DNA from: Candidatus Woesearchaeota archaeon
GTDB taxonomy: Archaea > Nanobdellota > Nanobdellia > Woesearchaeales > JAGLGH01
Assembly: GCA_030670545.1 (NCBI GenBank)
Contig: DAOVBM010000002.1
Coordinates: 4,258-68,257 of the forward strand
DNA length: 64,000 nucleotides
Reading direction: 5' to 3'
Shown here: piece after piece, positions 49,521-59,219 of the stretch
How positions within the stretch are numbered: the stretch's first letter is position 1
How the letters are laid out: every line of letters begins with the position of its first letter
The notes under the pieces: model-generated
What the model saw: only the letters and a program-made list of their open reading frames with translations
What the model was told of the DNA's origin: nothing
Database searches by the model: none
Made by a program: the position numbers and the translations under genes

Positions 49521-49688
49521 ATGTTATCGAAAATTTCGCAAGAAATTTTATTGGGGTTTAATACCCCCACTTCAGTGCGAAATTTTGGATTCCAAAAATT
49601 TGATAATCTATAATGCAAATCCGTAATACCCCACATTTATGGTGGGGATAGGATTTGTTATCAATAAATTGTCAAATTTTTGTTATTG
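49521..49688 (+). repeat. Family-2 structured repeat, copy 2
   Basis: See copy 1. Confidence 0.65.
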
Positions 49689-49693
49689 TGATT

Positions 49694-49851
49694 ACACGAA
49701 AAAAAGCAGAAAGCCTTGTCCTTTAGTACGAAGATGTATGCTATTGCCTTTTTGCTTTCTTCTTTTTTTGTCCTAGAAATCCTTCTCGAAAATCCAGCGC
49801 AAGCCAGGTTATTTAGGGCCTGGTAAGTAGGATTTTAGGATATATATTACT
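49694..49851 (+). repeat. Family-3 repeat, copy 2
   Basis: See copy 1. Confidence 0.6.
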
Positions 49852-49973
49852 TTGAAAATCATAGTTTATATTTTTTTTGGTTTTTAATTTTCATTTATGG
49901 AAACTTACTTCCATTAATGTAATCTTCTTTCTTAAAATAGAAATATTTAAATACTTTCTATCCTGATGACTGT

Positions 49974-50234
49974 ATGATGAATCCTGTTGGAGAGCTGATA
50001 GACCCTAAGATTGCCAGAGTCATAGCTCTGCTTATAAAGAACAGGAAAGACTATTTCCATCTGCAAAAGATATCACAGGAGGCAGGTGTCCCGATTTCTA
50101 CTACTTTCAGGATAATAAATAAGTTGGTAAATCTTGGCTTTATCGAGAAGACAAATGTCGGTAATTTCAAGATATACAAGATAGCAGGAAACAGGAAAAC
50201 TGCGCAACTTTGCAGGGTATTATCAATCAAATGA
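49974..50234 (+). CDS. Small winged-helix transcriptional regulator
   Basis: HLQKISQEAGVPISTTFRIINKLVNLGFIEK is a HTH plus wing. Its stop overlaps the start of the giant gene in an ATGA arrangement. Confidence 0.5.
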   Translation: MMNPVGELIDPKIARVIALLIKNRKDYFHLQKISQEAGVPISTTFRIINKLVNLGFIEKTNVGNFKIYKIAGNRKTAQLCRVLSIK

Positions 50235-53200
50235 GAATAGGCAAAGAGACAAATGACAATCTTGCTCTCAGGAGAGCAGGAAGAGAAAAGAGAAAGCTGA
50301 TCAAGCTGCTAAGGGGGACTCAGATGAACAAATCTGCTCTTATCAATGCAGTAAAAGGCCTTAATGAACAGTATGAAAAAGGAATGTTCAGCTATGATCT
50401 GTATAAGATAAGGTATGATGCTCTTCTTGGAACAAGGACAGTAAAGCAGTGGTCCAGGCATTATGATTATTATGCAAAATGCTGCATGGATGGCATTGAC
50501 AAGCTGGACACGCAGATTGAGCTATTAAACTCTGAAAGACAAGAGCTTCCTGTCCCTCCTGCTATAGCATACCTTGTGTTTGCAGCATTGATAGGATTAA
50601 TGGGATTTTTCCTCATTAAGCCTGCATTCATAGGGTTTGTGACATTTGAAAAAACAGTTAGCGCAAGTGATGATCTGAATCTCACATTTAACGAGTCTGG
50701 AACTTATATCTGGTCTCTATCAAGAGCAGGACAGCTGAACAGCATAATGGTGTCTGGAAGAGTCACATCCGGCGGCTCTGCAATAGTATCAATAATAAAC
50801 GACAATAAAAGCTATGTTATATTCAATTCCTCTTTGCTTGAATTAGGAGGTTTTGGAGCTATAACCGGCTATGCCACATTCGGAGAATATGCAGCAGAAG
50901 TGGATAATATAGCAGTCACAGAGCCGGTTGTCATTACTGAAGGTGATGTTCCTGGAGATGTAACTCTTGACATCTCAATGCAGTACAAACCAGGAACAGT
51001 ATTTGATCCTGAAGATGATGGCAGGGAATCAACAGGAGGATTTATTGATTTCACAGTTGAGAACACAATAACAGATCAGGATGAGTCATTTCTTTGCGCT
51101 ATCTGGGATATAAACAATATCTACAGGGAATGCTATGGGAGTGGATTGTGCTGTGACTTTGTAGAAGTTGAGAGGTATGATTCAGACTGGAAAAAACCTT
51201 TCCTTGTATTTTATGGGCTTGAAGGAGTAAATCTTGATAATAATATAACTTCCCAGGTGTGGTATGTTGATTACAATCTTTCCCTTGAGAATCCATATTC
51301 ATACATATACTCAAGCGATACACTGCAGCTGCCTGCAATGTTCTATTACAGGGGGTATCTGTTTGAGGATTCATGCATAGACACCTGTCTTATTGCAGGA
51401 TTGGGATTCAACAAGACAAATTATACACTGAACATAACAATAGATAATGCTGAGATTGATATATCGACACTGGATTACATCCTTAGTGTTGAGGAATATG
51501 CTGCGAAAGAGACATTGGTTCAGCATAAGGCAGAGATAAACAAGCCTGTCAGATGGACAAAAACAAAGAAATATGATGTTAAACAAGATAGTATTCCATT
51601 TAATATATCTGAGAATGCAGAAAATATTACGATATATAAAAAGGAGAAACAAGACCTGAAAAAAGTTAAAGAAGAAAACATCAAAATAAAAAAAGAAGAA
51701 GATAAAAAAATAGAGATACTGATTAGTGAAGAAGCAAACGAAATAGAGATTGAATACTATACTCCTGCTCCTGAAACAATTGAGATGGACATATCTCCAT
51801 CCTCCAAAAAAATTATTGTAACATCTGAAGAGCATTATACAGATATCTTTACTTATACATCTCTGCCTTCAGAAGCAAAACCAGAGTTTGTGCATCTCTA
51901 CTGGCTTGTCAATGATACAAGGATAGAAGTACCAGATGTTGTGAAGAATGACACAAATGGTAATGGATTAATAGACTGGATTGAATGGATAACTCCTCAC
52001 CTGAGCAACCAGACTTATGTGATTGAGATAGATATAAACAGATCAAGCCCTACATTCTATGAAAGAAGCCCTGATACATGCGACGCTACAGAGTATGCAC
52101 TTGTTGATGATAATCAATATACAACCTGTAAAAAAGGCCAATATGACTGGTGGAGCGGCTATGATTTTTCAGGCATACCTGATAATGCTAATATTACAGG
52201 GATAAAGATTGAACTTAAAGATGCATATACCAAGAAAGGCAAAGAGTCTTACGCAGGCATTAGGTTATCCTGGGATGACCATTCAAACTGGACTCTTGCT
52301 AAAATCTCATCTGTAATAAATGAAAGCAGCTTGCCTGGAGGCACATATGTTTTCGGCAGCTCCACTGACACCTGGGGCCGTAACTGGACAGCTGATGAGC
52401 TAAAAAACCATTTCTGGGTAGAATGGAATATAACTGGACTTAATCCTGTATCTGCAGACTGGCTGCCTGTATCTGTATATTACACTCTTGAGATAGACCT
52501 GCTCTCCCCAGTTACTGATCTTGGACGCCAATCTTCTGACAATACCTGGATATACTGGAATTGGACAAACCCCTCTGAAGAAAATTTTACAGAGAATATC
52601 ATATATATTGATGGAGTCTGGAAACAGAACACTTCTAATAATTACTATAATGCAACTAATCTTGTCCCTAAGCAAAACTATACAATCACTGTCCATACCA
52701 AAGACATATACAGCTATGTCAATACTAACGATGTGAACAACACTGCTGCTGCTACAAATGCAACACCTCCTATAGTCACAAACATAACAAGAGTCAGCCC
52801 TTCAGCTTTCATTGAAAGCCCTTCAAGGTGCAGTGATAGTTTATACGTTTATAGTGATGATGAACAATATGCATACTGCGACAAAAATGAATATGAATGG
52901 TGGAATGGGTATGATTTTTCAAGCATACCTGGTGGCGCCATTATTACTGGAATACAGGTTGAACTTAAAGATACATATTGCCCCTCAGAGAAAATATCTT
53001 ATGCAAACATAAGCCTGTCGTGGGACAACAGAAGTTCCTGGACAAGCGAAAAAATCTCATTCCAGATAATTGATACAATCCCTCCTGGAAGAACATATAT
53101 TTTCGGTGGTTCAAATGACACCTGGAATCATAATTGGACATTAGATGAAATAAAAAACAATTTTTGGGTTGAATGGGAAACAACTGGAGAAAATGCAGGC

Positions 53201-54805
53201 GGAGTATATATGGACTGGCTGCCGGTAACAATATTTTATACCTATGTCCCTCAACTAGGTTCTGTGGCAAACCTCAATAATCCAGATGCTGGAAAGACAT
53301 GGCTATACTGGAACTGGACAAATCCCCGTCTTGGGGACTTCAGTGAGGCTGTCATCTATCTGGATGGTGTCAATGTGATTAATACCTCTAATAATTATTA
53401 TAATGCGACTAATCTTATGCCCAATACTGCTTACACTATTATTGTGCATACCAAAGATGTCGATGGGAATTTGAATACATGGGATGTAAGCAGATCTGCA
53501 ATTACCAGAAAGATTGTTTATTTAGAAGCAAACGCCAGCAAAATAAGTCCTACCACCTTTGTGCAAAGCCTAAGTAAATGTGATGCATCCAGTTATGTAT
53601 ATATCTATGATGACCTTTATACTTATTGCAATGAGGGTAGATATGACTGGTGGGGGGGATACAATTTTTCAATCATCCCTGATAATGCAATAATCCATGG
53701 CATAGAAGTCTCACTATTTGATACATATACTGTCAAAAATCGCGTATCTTATGCAAACATAAGCCTATCCTGGGATAATATGAGCTCCTGGACCAGCGCA
53801 AAGACCTCCCTCCAGATTAATGAGATTGAATTGCCTGGGGGAGATTACATATTAGGAGGAGAAAATGATACCTGGGGACGCAGCTGGACTGCTGACGAGA
53901 TAAAGAATTATTTTTGGGTTGAGTGGACGACTGTTGGAACAGATGCAGGGAGGGTATATGCCGACTGGCTGCCTGTTACTATATACTATTCTGTACCTAC
54001 ACAGCTGCCTTTAGTTAATGAATTCATTCATCCTGACACCACAAACTTTTCTGCTGCTGCAGATTTAGAAAAGATTGAAAGAATGACATTAGCAGTAGAT
54101 AATACAAAAGTGGCCTGGATAAACGCAGTGAATGCTACTGGTGAAGATTATGATGTTGAGATAAATATGGCTGAAGGGTTTGTATCAGTCAATGTGCATG
54201 CATTGCATCATACAATCAATTCAACTGCAAATGTCACTTTAGAGAATATCAATTGCAGTGAGTTTAGATTATATTATGCAGAAGGATTTTACCCGTCAAG
54301 GTTTGAGCTTGTGTCTGTGGGGAATATCATAGCTGATGAATCAAATCTGGAAGGGAATTGTACAGATGCTTCAATATGCACTGATTTATATTGTTCTGGA
54401 AATACTCTTAACTTCATTGCTCAGCACTTTGATGGGTTTGGTATTGGAGCGATATTGTGGGTAAATGCAACATCTCCTGTTGGATTTGGAGATAATGTTA
54501 CTATAGATACAGAAATCCTTGAAGGCAATTATACAATTGATACTGTTCTGGCTGGCATAAAACCTCCTGGAGCTGATGAAGTGAATTATACAATGCATAA
54601 TATTTCCTCAAGCACATTTGTTCTGGATAATTATACTAATTATCTCCCTGGCACTTATAATTATACTGTGTATGTGAATAATACTGATGGTAATATAACG
54701 ACCGATAGCGGATTCTTTGACATGTGGATTAATATGACTCTCGGAATTATGACTATTAAAGATATATATAGGGTTGATGAGATTGTGAACCTGACAAGTG
54801 TATGA
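50231..54805 (+). CDS. Giant (~1520 aa) membrane-anchored, heavily N-glycosylation-sequon-rich surface protein with 3 tandem ~250-aa repeats (novel domain + FN3-like)
   Basis: N-terminal cytoplasmic ~100 aa, one TM helix (AIAYLVFAALIGLMGFFLIKPAF). Repeat units begin CDATEYALVDD, CSDSLYVYSDD and CDASSYVYIYDD at 52079, 52829 and 53579 (750-bp period). FN3-like WIYWNWTNP...NYYNATNL...YTITVHTKD. C-terminal CTDLYCSGNTLNFIAQHF motif shared with the PEF-CTERM proteins, but no PEF anchor. Confidence 0.7.
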   Translation: MRIGKETNDNLALRRAGREKRKLIKLLRGTQMNKSALINAVKGLNEQYEKGMFSYDLYKIRYDALLGTRTVKQWSRHYDYYAKCCMDGIDKLDTQIELLNSERQELPVPPAIAYLVFAALIGLMGFFLIKPAFIGFVTFEKTVSASDDLNLTFNESGTYIWSLSRAGQLNSIMVSGRVTSGGSAIVSIINDNKSYVIFNSSLLELGGFGAITGYATFGEYAAEVDNIAVTEPVVITEGDVPGDVTLDISMQYKPGTVFDPEDDGRESTGGFIDFTVENTITDQDESFLCAIWDINNIYRECYGSGLCCDFVEVERYDSDWKKPFLVFYGLEGVNLDNNITSQVWYVDYNLSLENPYSYIYSSDTLQLPAMFYYRGYLFEDSCIDTCLIAGLGFNKTNYTLNITIDNAEIDISTLDYILSVEEYAAKETLVQHKAEINKPVRWTKTKKYDVKQDSIPFNISENAENITIYKKEKQDLKKVKEENIKIKKEEDKKIEILISEEANEIEIEYYTPAPETIEMDISPSSKKIIVTSEEHYTDIFTYTSLPSEAKPEFVHLYWLVNDTRIEVPDVVKNDTNGNGLIDWIEWITPHLSNQTYVIEIDINRSSPTFYERSPDTCDATEYALVDDNQYTTCKKGQYDWWSGYDFSGIPDNANITGIKIELKDAYTKKGKESYAGIRLSWDDHSNWTLAKISSVINESSLPGGTYVFGSSTDTWGRNWTADELKNHFWVEWNITGLNPVSADWLPVSVYYTLEIDLLSPVTDLGRQSSDNTWIYWNWTNPSEENFTENIIYIDGVWKQNTSNNYYNATNLVPKQNYTITVHTKDIYSYVNTNDVNNTAAATNATPPIVTNITRVSPSAFIESPSRCSDSLYVYSDDEQYAYCDKNEYEWWNGYDFSSIPGGAIITGIQVELKDTYCPSEKISYANISLSWDNRSSWTSEKISFQIIDTIPPGRTYIFGGSNDTWNHNWTLDEIKNNFWVEWETTGENAGGVYMDWLPVTIFYTYVPQLGSVANLNNPDAGKTWLYWNWTNPRLGDFSEAVIYLDGVNVINTSNNYYNATNLMPNTAYTIIVHTKDVDGNLNTWDVSRSAITRKIVYLEANASKISPTTFVQSLSKCDASSYVYIYDDLYTYCNEGRYDWWGGYNFSIIPDNAIIHGIEVSLFDTYTVKNRVSYANISLSWDNMSSWTSAKTSLQINEIELPGGDYILGGENDTWGRSWTADEIKNYFWVEWTTVGTDAGRVYADWLPVTIYYSVPTQLPLVNEFIHPDTTNFSAAADLEKIERMTLAVDNTKVAWINAVNATGEDYDVEINMAEGFVSVNVHALHHTINSTANVTLENINCSEFRLYYAEGFYPSRFELVSVGNIIADESNLEGNCTDASICTDLYCSGNTLNFIAQHFDGFGIGAILWVNATSPVGFGDNVTIDTEILEGNYTIDTVLAGIKPPGADEVNYTMHNISSSTFVLDNYTNYLPGTYNYTVYVNNTDGNITTDSGFFDMWINMTLGIMTIKDIYRVDEIVNLTSV

Positions 54806-54908
54806 AACTAAAACTTTGTTGTAAAGCCTTTGAGAAATTGCGCAGTGAAATGATTCATGTGAGAAAAACTAAAGAGCAAAAAAGGTGAAGCATGTTGCTA
54901 GCTATTGC

Positions 54909-55268
54909 TTATTTCTTCCGATAACCAAACTTTTTATTATATCTTTCATGATCAATAATATCCAGAACAAAACATATTATTTCTACTTCATCTCCCTTAA
55001 TAGTATACAGCATTCTCCAATATTGAGAAAGTTCAACTCTCCATAAATTTTGAACATTATACTTTTGAGGTATACATTTTTTAGGGATATTGTCTCCATA
55101 AAATGGATTGGCCTTTACAAATTCAAATTTCTGTTTTATAGAACGCAATAATTGTATCTCTTTTGTGCTTTCCATTCCTTGTTTTCGCTGGTTGCCAACT
55201 ATTTCATTTAATCTCTTGTATTCACTATCTGCTTCATCTAAGAGAATTACTCTTACTGACTGATTCAT
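54909..55268 (-). CDS. RelE/ParE-superfamily toxin-like protein
   Basis: C-terminal NLWRVELSQYWRMLYTIKGDEVEIICFVLDIIDHERY resembles the RelE/ParE core. 4-nt overlap with the upstream small ORF. Confidence 0.45.
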   Translation of the reverse strand: MNQSVRVILLDEADSEYKRLNEIVGNQRKQGMESTKEIQLLRSIKQKFEFVKANPFYGDNIPKKCIPQKYNVQNLWRVELSQYWRMLYTIKGDEVEIICFVLDIIDHERYNKKFGYRKK

Positions 55269-55561
55269 ACTTCTGTTCCCCTTTTGATTAATTCATTTAA
55301 TTCTTTCCTTTCAGTAAAAATCCATAGGACTCCTTTTGTTCCAATCATTATTTTCCCGCTAATCTGCAGATAGTCTAATATTTGTATTAAAGTCTGATGC
55401 ATCACTTTTCGGGGCAATTTTCTTTTTAAATCTGCCAATGTTACTAATTCCCTTGCTTCTTTTAGTGTTTCTTCTACCATTAATACAGTATTCAGATTAG
55501 GAGAATGTTGTAATTTTTGTTTTTCCAATATTTGTGTTGTGTGCGCCATTTTGTATATCAA
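55265..55561 (-). CDS. Putative cognate antitoxin / small DNA-binding protein
   Basis: 98-aa ORF translationally coupled (ATGA overlap) to the RelE/ParE-like gene. Confidence 0.35.
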   Translation of the reverse strand: MIYKMAHTTQILEKQKLQHSPNLNTVLMVEETLKEARELVTLADLKRKLPRKVMHQTLIQILDYLQISGKIMIGTKGVLWIFTERKELNELIKRGTEV

Positions 55562-55694
55562 TTAGATATAAGTATATATCTAAAGAATATATATTTATAT
55601 ATAAAGGTTTCGGTTTAGGGTCTTATGGTTTATTCAATTTGCCTGCATATTTATACACTCAAATTAAGAAAAAACCAATAAACTTATATACTTC

Positions 55695-55796
55695 TTGTCA
55701 TACAAATTAAGATTAATTAATCCCTCATACACTCATATATTAAAAACAAATTAGGTCAAGCAGATTATTTTATTTTTTACTTTGTCATACAAATTA
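55695..55796 (+). promoter_or_regulatory. Two 15-bp direct repeats TTGTCATACAAATTA (55695-55709, 55782-55796) upstream of the dual-HTH gene
   Basis: Exact 15/15 repeat spaced 87 bp apart in an AT-rich promoter region. The second copy ends 9 bp before the ATG. Confidence 0.45.
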
Positions 55797-55804
55797 GGGA
55801 ACAT

Positions 55805-56359
55805 ATGAAAAAAACTGTCAAAAAGGATGCCGAATCTTATAGTTTTGTTAATGATAAGGCTGTCACATCATTTGAGGCAAAAGAGAGCAGTTTTCTGAAT
55901 AAGATAAGGGAGTTTAAGAAAAGGCATAAGATTTCAGTCGAAGAGTTCATGCTTCTTGTCGAACTTCCTTCCATGAGTATTCCTGTTTCTATTTTTGATT
56001 CAGAAATGCCTCCTCTTGAGGCAGTCACTCTTTATCTAAATTCATGTTATAGTGTCAATGATATCTCACAGTTATTGAAAAGAAGCCAGAAAACAATCTG
56101 GACCACACTAAAAAATGCAAAGTCAAGAGGATTTGAGCTGAATATTTCAGGTACTGAAAGAGTTCCTCTACAGATTCTTGCTGACAGGCAATTCAGCATC
56201 CTTGAGAGCACAGCAAAATATCTCAGGGAAGAGAAAGGCCTCAGGCTGATAGACATTGCAAACCTTCTCTCAAAAGACAGGCGCTTAGTCTGGACTGTCT
56301 ATGACAGGGCGAAAAAGAAGATGCAATCAAAAGAAAAGAAACAAGATGCGCAAGAATAA
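55805..56359 (+). CDS. Regulatory protein with two sigma-70 region-4/LuxR-like HTH modules
   Basis: EAVTLYLNSCYSVNDISQLLKRSQKTIWTTLKNAKSRG and QFSILESTAKYLREEKGLRLIDIANLLSKDRRLVWTVYDRAKKK are both helix-turn-helix patterns of the r4 type. Confidence 0.45.
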   Translation: MKKTVKKDAESYSFVNDKAVTSFEAKESSFLNKIREFKKRHKISVEEFMLLVELPSMSIPVSIFDSEMPPLEAVTLYLNSCYSVNDISQLLKRSQKTIWTTLKNAKSRGFELNISGTERVPLQILADRQFSILESTAKYLREEKGLRLIDIANLLSKDRRLVWTVYDRAKKKMQSKEKKQDAQE

Positions 56360-57527
56360 GACATTAAGAGGAATATGGAAATATAACAGGAATTTGATAG
56401 CTTTAGCTGTAATCCTGTTTGCCATGCTGTCATTTGCAGCTGCATCTGTCTCTGCTGTAAATGAAAGCTGGGTCAGGAACTTAGGCCCAACCAATGCATC
56501 AATATTCCTATTGATTAAAGTTGATTACTGGAACAGCACAAGCTTAGTATGGGAGGCTGAGTTTACAGCCCTTGATGACATAACTGGCAGATACACGCAG
56601 GGAAATGACAGCTATATTGCGCTTGACCAGTTCTTCAATGGAAAGTACAATTCATCAGAGAACTTTACGCATGGAGATGGAACTTACAGGATTTATGCTG
56701 CAGTGACTGATCCTGAAAACAATGTGCTGCAGGATGTGGAAGGCAGCAGTATTGAAGCAAGCTATAATTTCACAATCAAGATAACTAATGTTCCACCGCC
56801 AAAAGTCACGCTTATAGCTCCTGCAAATGATTCATTTGGCTATGATAAGAGGTCGACTTTCAACTGGTCTTCTGTCATTGATGATAATGGAGACAATGTT
56901 ACATACAGGCTGTATCTGATCAGGACAGGATGCTATGGATTGTCAGACTGCATCAATCCAGAAGTTGATGTAGACAATATAACTGGAACAAGCTACACTA
57001 TTGAGGAAGATTTGGACCTTGACAGCCCATACAACTGGACTGTAACAGCGCATGACGGAACAGAATATGGTGAAGAATCAGATATCTGGAATTATACAGT
57101 AGCATCTCTTATTGATATCAGTCTTGTTGTCAGTGATATAAGTGTAGCAGGAATGGAACCCGGAGACAATGAAAGTACAGAGGATGATTCTCCTCAGCCA
57201 TTCATAGTGCAAAATAAAGGCAATGTGCATGTCAACCTTACAGTCCATGCATCTGTACAGCTATGGGATCTTGCCCCTCTTGGAACTAAGTACTTCATGT
57301 TCAAAGCAGGAGAATCGACTATAAAACCAGCATCATTCAATATGACTCTTTCCGCATCTGACTGGCTGAACATGACAGGTTTAGCACAGTTTGCTGTGGC
57401 AAATCTCCATTATAATGATACTAAAGATTATGCTGAGATAGAGCTGGCTGTAGAAGTGCCGCATAACGAGCCGCCTGGCGCAAAATCGACAGATATAATA
57501 ATAGAAGCTGTTGGTACAAAAACATAA
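56346..57527 (+). CDS. Signal-anchored surface protein with Ig/FN3-like segments (start at MRKNKTLRG overlapping upstream stop)
   Basis: TM at LIALAVILFAMLSFAAASVSA. Many NxS/T sequons. TLIAPANDSFGYDKRSTFNWSS...VTYRLYL is an FN3-like strand pattern. Confidence 0.5.
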   Translation: MRKNKTLRGIWKYNRNLIALAVILFAMLSFAAASVSAVNESWVRNLGPTNASIFLLIKVDYWNSTSLVWEAEFTALDDITGRYTQGNDSYIALDQFFNGKYNSSENFTHGDGTYRIYAAVTDPENNVLQDVEGSSIEASYNFTIKITNVPPPKVTLIAPANDSFGYDKRSTFNWSSVIDDNGDNVTYRLYLIRTGCYGLSDCINPEVDVDNITGTSYTIEEDLDLDSPYNWTVTAHDGTEYGEESDIWNYTVASLIDISLVVSDISVAGMEPGDNESTEDDSPQPFIVQNKGNVHVNLTVHASVQLWDLAPLGTKYFMFKAGESTIKPASFNMTLSASDWLNMTGLAQFAVANLHYNDTKDYAEIELAVEVPHNEPPGAKSTDIIIEAVGTKT

Positions 57528-57541
57528 ATATGTAGATAAAA

Positions 57542-59155
57542 ATGGTATCCCTAATTAAAACCGGAGTTGGAATCTTGGTCATAGCAGCTGCGTTATTGTT
57601 GATAACTATTGAGCCCGTCTCAGCATTTGGAATATCCCCTGCTGGATATAATGAGTTTTTTAAGTCTGATACTGCTTATATATATTCTTTCTGGATTGTG
57701 AATTCAGATAAGCAAAATTTTACTGTTAGTATTTCTGCAGATGGGGAATTAAGCAAGTATATCACATTGCTGAATCATTCAATATCCTTAACTGATGCTG
57801 ATGATTTCAAGAAAGCGTTTTTTAAGATTAGCTATCCTGAGTCATTAGGCGAGCCTGGACAGCACAGCGCATATCTAATCTTCACGCAAGATGATAAAAC
57901 CCCTGAAGCAGAAAGGGATTCAAGACAGGATAATGTCAGAGTTATTCCTGTTGTAAAAGCAATGTTCAACGCTTTTGTGCCTTATCCTGGCCTGTACCTT
58001 GATTCCAATATGAGCATAGAATCATTAAATCCTAGGCAGCCAGTCTCTTTAATATTCCCTTTGTCAAACAGGGGTTTGATTGATATTGATTCCATATATG
58101 CAGATATAAGAGTATATGATAATGGCGGTGCGCAAATTATTGATGCGAGGACTGATGAGATTTCTCTGCAATCAAAGAAACAGGTTGACTTACGAAAAAA
58201 ATTTGGTGATGAACTTAAGCATGGTTCATACAAGTGCAGCGCAATCCTGTATTATGATGGAAATTCTGTAAATTTCAACAGGGATTTTGATTATGGCTCA
58301 TGGATGGTAAGTATACAGGATATCAGGGTTGATGATTTTAAGATTGGTGGGTTTGCAGATTTCAATATAACACTTTCCAATAACTGGAATCAGGATGCAG
58401 TGGGCACTGTTGCAGATATGATTATTACAAGCAAGACAGGATATCATTATGAGAGCGTTACAAGCGTTGAGACTATTCCTGCGCATGGTTCTGCGCAGTT
58501 TAGCGCTTATTGGGACACATCTGATGCAATAGCAGAAGATTATTTTATTACACTAAGGATATATTATGGCCAAAATGTACAGCAATATTCAGAAACATTT
58601 ACTGTAGAGGAAAACCGGATAATCACAAGATATTATACTCCTCCAGAGAAAGTATATGAAACGTGGTATAAGAAACATAAGGAGGATATCAGCTACTGGG
58701 CATTCCCTGCAATACTGCTTATCCTTGCAATGCTTGTATTCTTTATATTAATACAGTTCCTGCCGCTGTTAGATGCTATTATAGCAAGGATGAAAAAGAT
58801 AATATTAATTCCTGTAAGATGTGTGTCCAGAGTTATTTCTTATATTGCAGGATTGTCTTTCTTTGACAACTATAAGAGGAAGAGAAGGATAAGGGAATTG
58901 CAAAAAAGAAAAAATCTGTGCATAAAGTCAATAAGGTCAATAAAAGACGATCTGGTTATTATGAAAAAAGCAGTAGAAGGCCTTTATCATGAACTTGAGA
59001 AAGGCATAATCAACAAAAGCGAGTTCAATAACAGGCTAAACACAATACTTGAAGGAAAAACATTAGAATACTTGGAAGATTATTATGTATCGGTTATTGT
59101 TCAGTTAGAAGAAAAGATAAAGCAGATTAATAAGAAAATATGGGAAGAGGGGTAA
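57542..59155 (+). CDS. Membrane protein: signal peptide, beta-rich ectodomain with VPYPG motif, C-terminal TM and coiled-coil cytoplasmic tail
   Basis: Paralogous to the partial ORF at 62997 (AFVPYPGLYL vs IFVPYPGKYL; ILYYDGNSVNF vs ILINYDGIDLEV). TM YWAFPAILLILAMLVFFILI. Confidence 0.5.
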   Translation: MVSLIKTGVGILVIAAALLLITIEPVSAFGISPAGYNEFFKSDTAYIYSFWIVNSDKQNFTVSISADGELSKYITLLNHSISLTDADDFKKAFFKISYPESLGEPGQHSAYLIFTQDDKTPEAERDSRQDNVRVIPVVKAMFNAFVPYPGLYLDSNMSIESLNPRQPVSLIFPLSNRGLIDIDSIYADIRVYDNGGAQIIDARTDEISLQSKKQVDLRKKFGDELKHGSYKCSAILYYDGNSVNFNRDFDYGSWMVSIQDIRVDDFKIGGFADFNITLSNNWNQDAVGTVADMIITSKTGYHYESVTSVETIPAHGSAQFSAYWDTSDAIAEDYFITLRIYYGQNVQQYSETFTVEENRIITRYYTPPEKVYETWYKKHKEDISYWAFPAILLILAMLVFFILIQFLPLLDAIIARMKKIILIPVRCVSRVISYIAGLSFFDNYKRKRRIRELQKRKNLCIKSIRSIKDDLVIMKKAVEGLYHELEKGIINKSEFNNRLNTILEGKTLEYLEDYYVSVIVQLEEKIKQINKKIWEEG

Positions 59156-59219
59156 TTAGCATGATTTATCCGTAAATCTAGGAATTATCGTGCCAAATAG
59201 AAAGTTTTATTAAGTAATA

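Noticed and set aside
50210-50230. Upstream ATG (50210) as the start of the giant protein
   Set aside because: The ATG at 50231 forms an ATGA overlap with the wHTH stop and gives a typical coupled arrangement. The 50210 start would overlap the regulator by 25 nt. Either is possible, and the choice affects only 7 codons.
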